From Candidatus Bathyarchaeota archaeon (GTDB taxonomy: Archaea; Thermoproteota; Bathyarchaeia; TCS64), in NCBI GenBank assembly GCA_043826455.1, contig JBDRQD010000047.1, positions 1 through 38,553 on the forward strand: a stretch of DNA of 38,553 bases, written 5' to 3'. A model generated the notes under the pieces. The model made no database searches. It had not been told where the DNA came from and saw only the letters and a program-made list of their open reading frames with translations. Shown here piece by piece: positions 25,468 through 33,851 of this stretch (positions are counted from its first letter, which is position 1; every line of letters begins with the position of its first letter). The translations under genes were made by a program, and so were the position numbers.

Positions 25468-26616
25468 ATGAACAAGGACACCGTCGACTTGATGCTGTTG
25501 GGCGTGGCTCACTCTCTGAACCACAGCCTCTTTCTGGTGCTTCCGCCGCTCCTGGGGTACATCGTGGCCGACCTGGGGACGACGTACTCGGCCATGGGGG
25601 TGGTCGCCACCATAACTTTCCTCACCTACGGCGCCGGGGCCCTCATCGGCGGACCCCTCTCTGACCGGCTGGGCAGCCTCACCGTGGCCAGGGTAAGCAT
25701 CGGTCTGGGCGGCCTCATGAGCATTGTCTTCCTCTTCGCAAACGACGTGGTCGTCTTCGGTGCGGGCATGTTTCTCATGGCGCTGTGGGCAAGCTTCTAC
25801 CACCCCACGGCCAACGGACTGATCGCCAAGGTGTTCACGGAGAAAACGGGCAACGCCATGGGGGTCCACAACGCGGCAGGCAACTTCGGACAGGTCTTCA
25901 CTCCCACTGTGGCCTTCTTCCTGGGGGTGACCTTCAACTGGAGGCTCAGCTTCGTGTTCTTCGGGGCCCTCAGCGTCGTGACGGCGTGGACTCTGGACCG
26001 GATTCAGGTCAAGGAGGAGATAGTGCCGGCCACCAGGCAGAGCTACATGGAGTTCCTCAGGACGCCGGGCCTCTGGTTGATTCTTCTCTATAATGTGATT
26101 GTGGGTTTTCTCTTCCGATCTGTGGACCTCTTCTTCCCCAGCTTCCTGAGCCTCGAGCGCAACTACACGGGGGGCGTAGCGGCGGTGGCCAACAGCATGA
26201 TCCTGTTCTTCGGGGTCCTGGGGCAGCTGCTGGGGGGCCGTGGCTCGGATAGGCTGGGTCAGACCAGGACTCTGCTGGTCGCGACGGCCGGGATGGTTGT
26301 GAGCCTGTTTCTGTTGATGGTGCTGCCCACCAGCACCGTGGGCGTGGTGCTCTTCATAATCCTATACGGTGTCAGCATGTTCGGGCACCAGCCCACAGTC
26401 ACCAGCCTGGTGAGTAAGCTTTCACCTCGGAACCTTATGGGCTTGGCCTACGGCGTCATGTTCTTCGCGGCCTTCGGCTTAGGTTCACTCTCAACCACCG
26501 TTACCGGCTACCTGGCGGACACGTACAGTTTGACGGTGGCTTTCTGGTTTAACATCGGGGTGGCGTTGGCGCTCATGGCCGTGAGTGTGGCGATCTATCT
26601 GAGGATCAGGGAGTAG
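25468..26616 (+). CDS. MFS transporter
   Basis: GGPLSDRLG, FYHP, AMGVH..AGN.G and GGRGSDRLG motifs; about 12 TM segments. Confidence 0.92.
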   Translation: MNKDTVDLMLLGVAHSLNHSLFLVLPPLLGYIVADLGTTYSAMGVVATITFLTYGAGALIGGPLSDRLGSLTVARVSIGLGGLMSIVFLFANDVVVFGAGMFLMALWASFYHPTANGLIAKVFTEKTGNAMGVHNAAGNFGQVFTPTVAFFLGVTFNWRLSFVFFGALSVVTAWTLDRIQVKEEIVPATRQSYMEFLRTPGLWLILLYNVIVGFLFRSVDLFFPSFLSLERNYTGGVAAVANSMILFFGVLGQLLGGRGSDRLGQTRTLLVATAGMVVSLFLLMVLPTSTVGVVLFIILYGVSMFGHQPTVTSLVSKLSPRNLMGLAYGVMFFAAFGLGSLSTTVTGYLADTYSLTVAFWFNIGVALALMAVSVAIYLRIRE

Positions 26617-27139
26617 CCCTGGTGAGGTAGGCCAGGACCCCTGTGATGGTCTTGGAGTCCATTATGGTGTTGTCCTCGATCATCTTCAATGCGTCGTTGA
26701 AGCTGAGCCTCTCCACCCTGATGGACTCGTCCTCTTCGGGGCTGGAGCCCACATTCTCCAGGTCCTCAGCCACGTAGAAGTGGATGACCTCGCTGCTGTA
26801 CCCTGGAGCCATGTAGCAGCTTATCAGCCTTCTCCACGACTTGGCGGCGTACCCCGTCTCCTCCTGGAGCTCCCTGACTGCGCAGGCGTCTGCATCCTCT
26901 CCGGGCTCAAGGGTGCCCGCCGGTATCTCCAGGAGCTCCCGGCCCGCGGCGTACCGGTACTGCCTGACAAGGACCAGCCCTGAGCCGTCCACTGCCACTA
27001 TGGCTACGGCGCCCGGGTGGTCAACGATGTCCCTGGCAACTATTTCGCCGCCGGGCAGCCTGACCTGGTCGGTCTTGAAGCTGAAGTTTCTGCCCTTGTG
27101 CAGGGTCTTGGATGACACTGTTTCCTCCAACGTGTTCAC
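26606..27139 (-). CDS. NUDIX hydrolase, ADP-ribose pyrophosphatase (NudF-like)
   Basis: HPGAVAIV, LVRQYRY, EIPAGTLEPGE...CAVRELQEETG, Y.APGYSSE and DSKT motifs. Confidence 0.92.
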   Translation of the reverse strand: MNTLEETVSSKTLHKGRNFSFKTDQVRLPGGEIVARDIVDHPGAVAIVAVDGSGLVLVRQYRYAAGRELLEIPAGTLEPGEDADACAVRELQEETGYAAKSWRRLISCYMAPGYSSEVIHFYVAEDLENVGSSPEEDESIRVERLSFNDALKMIEDNTIMDSKTITGVLAYLTRATP

Positions 27140-27140
27140 C

Positions 27141-28574
27141 CTAGTACCTGCTGTGCCCCCAGTACCTGTCCGTTGTTTCGTAGAGGTCCTTGAGGCCGCT
27201 GCGGCCGACGGCGGCCTCGATCTCCTGGTCCGCCTGCTCTAGGACGCTATGTATATCCATGGTCTTGACTTCTCCGGCCATCATGAGGACTCTGCCGTCC
27301 ACTATGACCGTGTCCACATCGTTTCCGTTGGCGTAGTAGGTGAGACGATCCACGGGCATGTTGAGGGGGTGCAGGTGGGGCTTCCTCATGTCCACCAGGA
27401 CTATGTCCGCCTTCTTGCCCGCCTCAAGGGACCCGAGGCTCGTGTCCTCTCTGAAGGCCCTGGCGCCGTCTATGGTGGCCATCTCCAGGACCTTGCCTGG
27501 GGGCAGCACCCGGGGGTCCCTGTAGTGGCGTCTGTGGTACCTCATACACTGGAACATGTGGCGGAACATGTCGTAGCTTCTGTCCGGTGCGCCTGCGTCT
27601 GAGCCTAGGACTACGGTGACGCCGGCGTCCAGGAGCTCGGGTACGGGGCATCTGCCCAGCATGGACGCCACGGCGCTGGGGTTGTGGGCCACCTTGGTGC
27701 CTGTCTCGGCGAGGAGCCTGATCTCCTCCTCCGTGAGCTCTGTGGAGTGGCTGAACAGGGCCTCGGGGCCCAGGAGGTCTAGCTCTCGGTGGCAGAACTC
27801 TACGGTGCCCCTGCTGTGGCCGTCCATGGTGAACATGAGGTCCTCTCTTCGGGAGATGCCTCTGACTGTGCTTGACTGCTGCTTCAGGTCGTCCAGCTCG
27901 GCAACTGTTATGGGTTTGTTCTCAGGGTGGGGGGTGGGTAGCATCATGGCGATCTTCACCCTGCCCTGTGCCGTGCCGTGGTTCTGCTCGATTATCTTCT
28001 CACAGGTGTCCACCTGCTCCTCAAAGGAGGCCATGCGGTCTCTCCGGGTTCCCTCAGACCACCTTGCGTACTTGGAGGGGAAGGGCGGCCGCCGGGGGCC
28101 CACGGCTAGGAAGGTGCGGACGCCCACCTTCTCGGCGGCCTCGCAGTGTCTGCGGGCGTAGACGGGGTCGTCCACCCTCATGACGCTGTCGCCTCCGCCA
28201 AAAAAGGTGACTCCGCAGGTGGTGCCAAACCTGAGGTGCTCCAGGTAGGTGAGGAGGGCGTCTACCTCCCAGAACTCCTCGGTGCTGGCCTCCGCGTAGA
28301 TGACCTCACATGCTTTGTACCAGGTGTCGTTGTGCATGCCCAGGCTCCTGAGGAGGCTGTGGCCCGCGTGGGCGTGGCCGTCCATGAGGCCGGGTAACGC
28401 GACCATGCCACGTGCATCGATCTCCAGGTCTGCGCTGTGGCTCTTCTCAAGCTCAGGCGAGGGGCCTACGTCAATGATGTGGTCCTTCTCGACGGCCACG
28501 GCTCCGTCCATGATGACCCGCCGGATTGGGTCCATGGTTACTATTATCCCGTTTTTTATGAGGATGTCCACCAA
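27141..28574 (-). CDS. Metal-dependent amidohydrolase (MTA/SAH deaminase-like superfamily), atypical active site
   Basis: PGLMDGHAH, GTT, SHS, HNPSA, LGSD, ATIDGA and GSLEAGKKADIV motifs. Confidence 0.88.
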   Translation of the reverse strand: MVDILIKNGIIVTMDPIRRVIMDGAVAVEKDHIIDVGPSPELEKSHSADLEIDARGMVALPGLMDGHAHAGHSLLRSLGMHNDTWYKACEVIYAEASTEEFWEVDALLTYLEHLRFGTTCGVTFFGGGDSVMRVDDPVYARRHCEAAEKVGVRTFLAVGPRRPPFPSKYARWSEGTRRDRMASFEEQVDTCEKIIEQNHGTAQGRVKIAMMLPTPHPENKPITVAELDDLKQQSSTVRGISRREDLMFTMDGHSRGTVEFCHRELDLLGPEALFSHSTELTEEEIRLLAETGTKVAHNPSAVASMLGRCPVPELLDAGVTVVLGSDAGAPDRSYDMFRHMFQCMRYHRRHYRDPRVLPPGKVLEMATIDGARAFREDTSLGSLEAGKKADIVLVDMRKPHLHPLNMPVDRLTYYANGNDVDTVIVDGRVLMMAGEVKTMDIHSVLEQADQEIEAAVGRSGLKDLYETTDRYWGHSRY

Positions 28575-28683
28575 ATTGATCCAGTGAGTATGGTTTCCGG
28601 GGTTTTAATACCTTTGAGCTGGTGGTTCGCGCTCTAGTTAATTGTGCATCTGCTGAAAAACCGTGAAAATAGGTGACGTTGGA

Positions 28684-29868
28684 TTATAGGGTCTCCAGGA
28701 GGGCGACGGGTTTCCCGCCCCTGTAGTAGACCCTGGGCATGAAGGGGTTCATGTGGTTCAACAGACTGTAGGTCATCCACCCCGCTGTCGTAGCCGTGTT
28801 ATACAGGTCGTTCTCCCCCGACTCGCCTATGACTGTGACCTCGTCTCCCTTCTCGGCGTCCACGTCTGTCAGGTCCACGAGGTAGTGGTTGAGGCTCACG
28901 GAACCCAGGCTGCCCCTCATCTTGCCGTCCACGAGCACCCGTCCCTTGTTGGCCATCTCCCTGGGTACTGCGTCGTAGAAGCCCAGGTGGAGTGTGCCGA
29001 CTCTCATCCTCCTGGGGGCTATGAACCTGCCCCAGTAGGTGACGGACTCGCCCTTCTCCACCCACTTCACGTACTCTACCCTGGCCTTGAGCTGGAGCGC
29101 CTGCCTCAGCTCCAGGCCGCTGGACGCGTCCTTGGGCTCCGGGTAGACGCCGTAGAGGCTCATGCCTGGGCGCACCATGTCCAGCCACATTTCTGGGTTG
29201 TGGAAGACGCTGTCGGTGCTGGCTATGCTCCGGTACCTGACGTCTATGCCTCTGGCTCTGAGCGCCTTGTCCACGTCCAGGAGCCTGCCGAGCATCACAT
29301 TGTCCTGGTCCGGCCGTTGCTGGAGGGTACTGAAGATACCCTCCACCTCGACATTAGGCAGGGCGTGGATGCTCTCGATCAGGTCGGCTGCCTCGCTGTA
29401 CTTTACGCCTACTCTGTTTAGCCCCGAGTCCACCTTGATGAAGACCCGGGCCACCTTACCGAGACCCCCAGCGGCGTTGTTTAGCCTCTGAACCGCCTCC
29501 AAGGTGTAAACGGTCTGGGTGATCCCTTTCTCGGCTACACTCATGTACTGGCTGTCCGTGAAGAGAACATCCATATTGAGGACATCCACCTTGAGGCCGG
29601 CCTCCTTTATCTTCTCGGCCTCTCTGAGCTTGGCCACCATGACCCACTTGACCCCCTGTGTCTCAAGGTACGCGGTGACGGGGATCAACCCGTGGCCGTA
29701 GGCGTTGTTCTTCACCACGGCCGTCACCTCCACGCCTACGCGGTCCCTGATGTTCCTCAGGTTGAAACCTATGTTGTCCAGATTGATCTCCAGCCAGGAG
29801 GTGTAACCTCTCAGCTTCTCACTGATCTCCTCTGCGTTAGGCTGATCCTTGAAGTATCTCTCGGCCAT
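28684..29868 (-). CDS. alr: Alanine racemase family PLP enzyme (divergent)
   Basis: WLEINLDNI, AVVKNNAYGHG (PLP Lys), KVDSGLNRVG, VRPGMSLYG, GESVTY and PRVY motifs. Confidence 0.88.
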   Translation of the reverse strand: MAERYFKDQPNAEEISEKLRGYTSWLEINLDNIGFNLRNIRDRVGVEVTAVVKNNAYGHGLIPVTAYLETQGVKWVMVAKLREAEKIKEAGLKVDVLNMDVLFTDSQYMSVAEKGITQTVYTLEAVQRLNNAAGGLGKVARVFIKVDSGLNRVGVKYSEAADLIESIHALPNVEVEGIFSTLQQRPDQDNVMLGRLLDVDKALRARGIDVRYRSIASTDSVFHNPEMWLDMVRPGMSLYGVYPEPKDASSGLELRQALQLKARVEYVKWVEKGESVTYWGRFIAPRRMRVGTLHLGFYDAVPREMANKGRVLVDGKMRGSLGSVSLNHYLVDLTDVDAEKGDEVTVIGESGENDLYNTATTAGWMTYSLLNHMNPFMPRVYYRGGKPVALLETL

Positions 29869-30023
29869 ATGGCTTCTGTTTGTCCTCGCCTAGAAAAGTT
29901 TTACACCCCGCCCATTTATTTGTTCTAGTTGGATCAGTTTCACCGTACTTTACTCTGGTTGGTGTATTTTGCCACACGTGGTAAGTGTTTTAACCCCCTA
30001 ACACTATAGTAGCCTGAGAGAAA

Positions 30024-31355
30024 TTGGTCAGAAGAGCCTTAATCATGGGTGCCGCGGGGAGAGACTTCCACAACTTTAACGTCTACTTCAAGGACAACCC
30101 AAACTACGACGTGGTAGCATTCACTGCGGCCCAGATATCCGAGCTTGACACCACGGCGGGCGTGGAGAAGAGGGTCTACCCGGCCGAGCTGGCTGGGCCC
30201 AGGTACCCTGAGGGCATACAGATTCACCCCGAGTCCAAGCTGGAGGAGCTCATACGGAACCTCCATGTGGACGAAGTGTTCTTCAGCTACAGTGATGTCT
30301 CGGCTGTCTACCTCCAAGACGAGGCGTCTAGGGCCCAGTCAGCTGGGGCTACCTTCGTGCTCCTTGGGCCAGGAGACACGATGATCAAGCCTTCCAAGCC
30401 CCTCATCAGCGTCTGCGCCTCTAGGACGGGCAGCGGTAAGAGCCCCGTGTCCCGCTGGATCGTTTCACGGCTCAGGGACAGGGGGTATAGGGTGGTGGTC
30501 ATCCGTCACCCCATGCCCTACGGGGACCTGGTGAAGCAGAGGGTCCAGAGGTTCCAGACCATGGAGGACCTGGACAGGCACCAGTGCACCATCGAGGAGA
30601 GAGAGGACTACGAGCCCCACCTGGACAGGGGCGCCGTGGTGTACAGCGGCGTGGACTACGAGGCCATACTGAAGGAGGCTGAGAAGGAGGCTGACGTGGT
30701 GGTCTGGGATGGCGGCAACAACGATTTCCCGTTCTACGTGCCGGACCTGCAGATAGTCATCGTGGACCCTCACAGGGTGGGCCACGAGCTCAGCTACTAC
30801 CCGGGGGAGACCAACGTGAGGATGGCTGACGTGGTCATCGTGGGTAAGGTGAATACAGCTGACCCGGCCAACGTAAGGAAAGTAAGGGAGAACGTCAGGA
30901 AGATCAACCCTTACGCCGTCATCATGAACGCCAACATAGTCATCACGGCCGAGAAGCAGGAGAGTCTCAGGGGCAGGAAGGTGCTGGTCATCGAGGACGG
31001 CCCGACCCTCACCCACGGCGAGATGAAGTACGGCGCCGCCACCATCAAGGCCATGGAGATGGGGGCGAGCATCGTGGACCCCAGGCCCCACGTCACAGGC
31101 ACCATCAAGGACCTATACCGGCTCTGGCCCCACTTGGGCAAGGTGCTTCCCGCCGTCGGCTACAGCGACCACCAGATAAGGGAGCTGGAGGCCGCCATCA
31201 ACGCGGTGCCCTGCGACCTGGTGCTCATGGGGACCCCCACCGATCTGCGCAGATACATGAAGGTGGACAAGCCGGTGCTGAGGGTCAGGTACGAGTTCCA
31301 GGAGATCGAGCCAGGCAGCCTAGAGGCCGAGATAATAACCACCCTCGAACCATAG
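30024..31355 (+). CDS. COG2403 P-loop ATPase (cyclic-2,3-diphosphoglycerate-synthetase-like; arginine synthetase ArcE-like)
   Basis: MGAAGRDFHNFN, RTGSGKS, RHPMPYG, CTIEEREDYEPH, WDGGNND, EDGPTLTHG and LPAVGY motifs. Confidence 0.88.
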   Translation: MVRRALIMGAAGRDFHNFNVYFKDNPNYDVVAFTAAQISELDTTAGVEKRVYPAELAGPRYPEGIQIHPESKLEELIRNLHVDEVFFSYSDVSAVYLQDEASRAQSAGATFVLLGPGDTMIKPSKPLISVCASRTGSGKSPVSRWIVSRLRDRGYRVVVIRHPMPYGDLVKQRVQRFQTMEDLDRHQCTIEEREDYEPHLDRGAVVYSGVDYEAILKEAEKEADVVVWDGGNNDFPFYVPDLQIVIVDPHRVGHELSYYPGETNVRMADVVIVGKVNTADPANVRKVRENVRKINPYAVIMNANIVITAEKQESLRGRKVLVIEDGPTLTHGEMKYGAATIKAMEMGASIVDPRPHVTGTIKDLYRLWPHLGKVLPAVGYSDHQIRELEAAINAVPCDLVLMGTPTDLRRYMKVDKPVLRVRYEFQEIEPGSLEAEIITTLEP

Positions 31356-31410
31356 GATGAGACAACTAAGATCCACCTTTATCACACCAGACACCCACAC
31401 ATATTACACT

Positions 31411-31461
31411 TTAGCTAAATGCAACCCGAAAAAACATCACATTCTTCCACGCAGCCGTCAC
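31411..31461 (-). repeat. 51-bp intergenic repeat, copy 2; reads as small ORF (GTG) MTAAWKNVMFFRVAFS*
   Basis: 43/51 nt identical to 21450-21500, with start and stop positions preserved. Confidence 0.8.
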
Positions 31462-31523
31462 CAACCCCCAGATCCCCCCCTTATCACACGCCACCAGTTA
31501 CAAACCAACCCCCAATAACCCAC

Positions 31524-31545
31524 AATTCCCAGCCACTAGGAACAA
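31524..31545. repeat. Palindromic intergenic element, copy B (identical to 15222-15243)
   Basis: AATTCCCAGCCACTAGGAACAA, preceded in both places by AACCAACCC. Confidence 0.85.
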
Positions 31546-31641
31546 GAATGGCGCCCTGAGGCTGATACACACAGGAAACACGTTACTCCAAAACCTCAAA
31601 ACGTTATATCATCATAGCGTAACCTTACATGAGGGATTCTT

Positions 31642-33414
31642 TTGGCAGAGTTCGATGTCCTGGTGAAGGACGCCACAATAGTCGAAGGCACAGGCAAGAA
31701 AGCCTACAAGGGCTCCATAGGAGTCAAGGGAGACAAGGTGACCGCCCTGGGCAAAGTGAAAGGCGACGCCGTGAAAGAGGTAGACAGCAGGGGATTGACC
31801 GCTCTCCCCGGCTTCATAGACGCCCACAGCCACGCCGACTGGACGCTCCTATGGTTCCCCCAAGCCGAGAGCTACGTAATGCAAGGCGTCACCACCTTCA
31901 TAGGCGGCCAGTGCGGAGGAAGCCCCGGGCCCATAGGCGACTACATCCGGGTCCCCAGGATGCTGCAGGACCACCTCCACGAGCTGGACCCCTACAAGTA
32001 CTACCCCAAGCTCAGCTACTACCCGCTGGAGCAGATCAACCAGTGGATGAAAGACAAGTACGGGTGGACCCTGGACTGGGACACCATGGGCGCCTTCTTC
32101 AAGAAAGTGGAGAAGACCGGCGTCAGCATGAACTACGCGCCACTCCTAGGCCACGGAAGCGTCAGGACCAAGGTCATGGGCAACGACTTCAAACGCCACA
32201 CCACCCAGGCCGAGCAGAGCCAGATGCATGAGCTCATCCACCAAGGCATGCGGGACGGCTGCATAGGCATGAGCACGGGCCTGGACTACGACCCCGACGT
32301 GTTCGCGTCCCAGGACGAGATCGTTGCCAGCATCGCCGTCCTCAAGGAGTATGGCGGCGTATACTGCCCCCACTGGAGACGCACAGGCCGCAGACGAGGC
32401 GTAGCAGCGGGCCATATCCCCAACGAGAAGATCACGGCCCTCATGGAGTGCGTAGACGTCTACAACCGCACCGGCGTCAGGCTCCACTACGCCCACCTGA
32501 GCACCGGCTGGGACATCAGACCCAGCCCCCCAGACGAGCTGGAAGCCGCCAACCTGAAGGTCACAATCGACATGATCCTCAGGGACAGCAAGGACGAGCT
32601 GGGCATCACTTGGGACGCCATACCCCAGATGACCCGCAGCGGCTTCGCCACCATGCCATACCTGTGCAGCCTCTACGAGCCCTGGCTCAGGGAGCTGGGC
32701 AGCCGTGAGGCCCTCGCCCAGTGGTTCAAGGTGGAGGACTTCCGGGAGGAGGTGAAGGACGCCATAAGGAAGGGCAAGTGGTTCATCAGGGTCGCCTACA
32801 ACCCCAACACCAACCCCCGGTGGGCGGACAACATATACGTGCTCAAATCCAAGATCCCCGGCCTCGATGGCAAGAGCTTAGCCCAGATAGCCGAGGAGAG
32901 GAAACTGGACCCCTGGGACACCTGGATGGACATCATCTCTGAGGACCCCGACGCCAGAGGCGTCACCGGCCAGCTCCAACCCAGCCAAGCCTACCACCAG
33001 TACTACACCCACCCCAAAGGCATGATGGGACTGGACACCAGCGTCTTCAACAAGGACTGGGAGATGAGCGCGCCCCCCTACACGTTCCCCGGCATCAACA
33101 CCTTCAGCGCCTTCCCCATGTTCATCACCCAGTACGTCAGGGACGGCAACCTCTTCACCATGGAGGAGGCCGTGCAGAAGACCAGCACCATGGCGGCCAG
33201 GGTCCACAACCTAGAGGGCCGAGGCGTCATCAAGGAGGGCTCCTACGCCGACATAGTGCTCCTGGACGTACCCAACATCAGGATACTGGGGGACGAGATC
33301 GAGACAAGGCGCCACCCCGAGGGCGTAGAGTACGTCCTCGTCAACGGTGAGGCGGTGGTGGAGAAGGGCAAGCACACAGGGCGGCGCCCCGGGCGCGTCC
33401 TCAGGCGAGCCTAG
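31642..33414 (+). CDS. N-acyl-D-amino-acid deacylase family amidohydrolase, paralog 2
   Basis: PGFIDAHSHAD, GGQCGGS, STGLDYDP, YCPHWRRTGRRR and GVEYVLVNG; clearly paralogous to 22527-24329. Confidence 0.9.
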   Translation: MAEFDVLVKDATIVEGTGKKAYKGSIGVKGDKVTALGKVKGDAVKEVDSRGLTALPGFIDAHSHADWTLLWFPQAESYVMQGVTTFIGGQCGGSPGPIGDYIRVPRMLQDHLHELDPYKYYPKLSYYPLEQINQWMKDKYGWTLDWDTMGAFFKKVEKTGVSMNYAPLLGHGSVRTKVMGNDFKRHTTQAEQSQMHELIHQGMRDGCIGMSTGLDYDPDVFASQDEIVASIAVLKEYGGVYCPHWRRTGRRRGVAAGHIPNEKITALMECVDVYNRTGVRLHYAHLSTGWDIRPSPPDELEAANLKVTIDMILRDSKDELGITWDAIPQMTRSGFATMPYLCSLYEPWLRELGSREALAQWFKVEDFREEVKDAIRKGKWFIRVAYNPNTNPRWADNIYVLKSKIPGLDGKSLAQIAEERKLDPWDTWMDIISEDPDARGVTGQLQPSQAYHQYYTHPKGMMGLDTSVFNKDWEMSAPPYTFPGINTFSAFPMFITQYVRDGNLFTMEEAVQKTSTMAARVHNLEGRGVIKEGSYADIVLLDVPNIRILGDEIETRRHPEGVEYVLVNGEAVVEKGKHTGRRPGRVLRRA

Positions 33415-33704
33415 GACATCCGGTGGGGGCCATCATCCAGCTCCCCCAGGAGTCTCCGGGTCTCGTTGGAGAGCCTCAGGCGGCAGCCCCCTCTGCCATA
33501 CACCCTTTTCAGTATCCCGGCCTTCACTAGCGCCTTCCTCTGCCTGTCCTTGAGGTGCTCGGTGGCTAGCTCGCCCGCGTCGATTCTGCGCAGCTCCTCC
33601 CGGTAGTATATGACGGTGTTTCGGAAGTTCACGTCGGCCAGGGACCTCTCGTCCCTAGGCTGCTCCTCTTGCTCATGGGCCACATTTCCAAAGTTTATCA
33701 TCAT
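33411..33704 (-). CDS. Hypothetical small protein, possible winged-helix (start uncertain: 33776, 33704 or 33683)
   Basis: RQRKALVKAGILKRVYGRGGCRLRLS resembles a wHTH recognition helix and wing. Confidence 0.6.
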   Translation of the reverse strand: MMINFGNVAHEQEEQPRDERSLADVNFRNTVIYYREELRRIDAGELATEHLKDRQRKALVKAGILKRVYGRGGCRLRLSNETRRLLGELDDGPHRMS

Positions 33705-33851
33705 GCTGCTCCAGAAGCCAGACCAGGGTTTTTCTGTGGGGTTCGGTCTGGTCCTCAAGTATTGAGTAAGCCGCAAGATAAAAAGTAAACCCCGAGCAGT
33801 TTACAGCCGTGCTAGTCTGTCATCCTAGTCGGGAAAAAGGGAAAAATGGGG

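Noticed and set aside
12126..31624. Recurring GTAACG/CGTTAC/GTTACG hexamers in several intergenic regions
   Set aside because: Too short and inconsistently spaced to distinguish from chance.
31629..32231. 200-aa Arg-rich alternative-frame ORF
   Set aside because: Out-of-frame overlap with the D-aminoacylase paralog; composition typical of GC3-biased off-frames.
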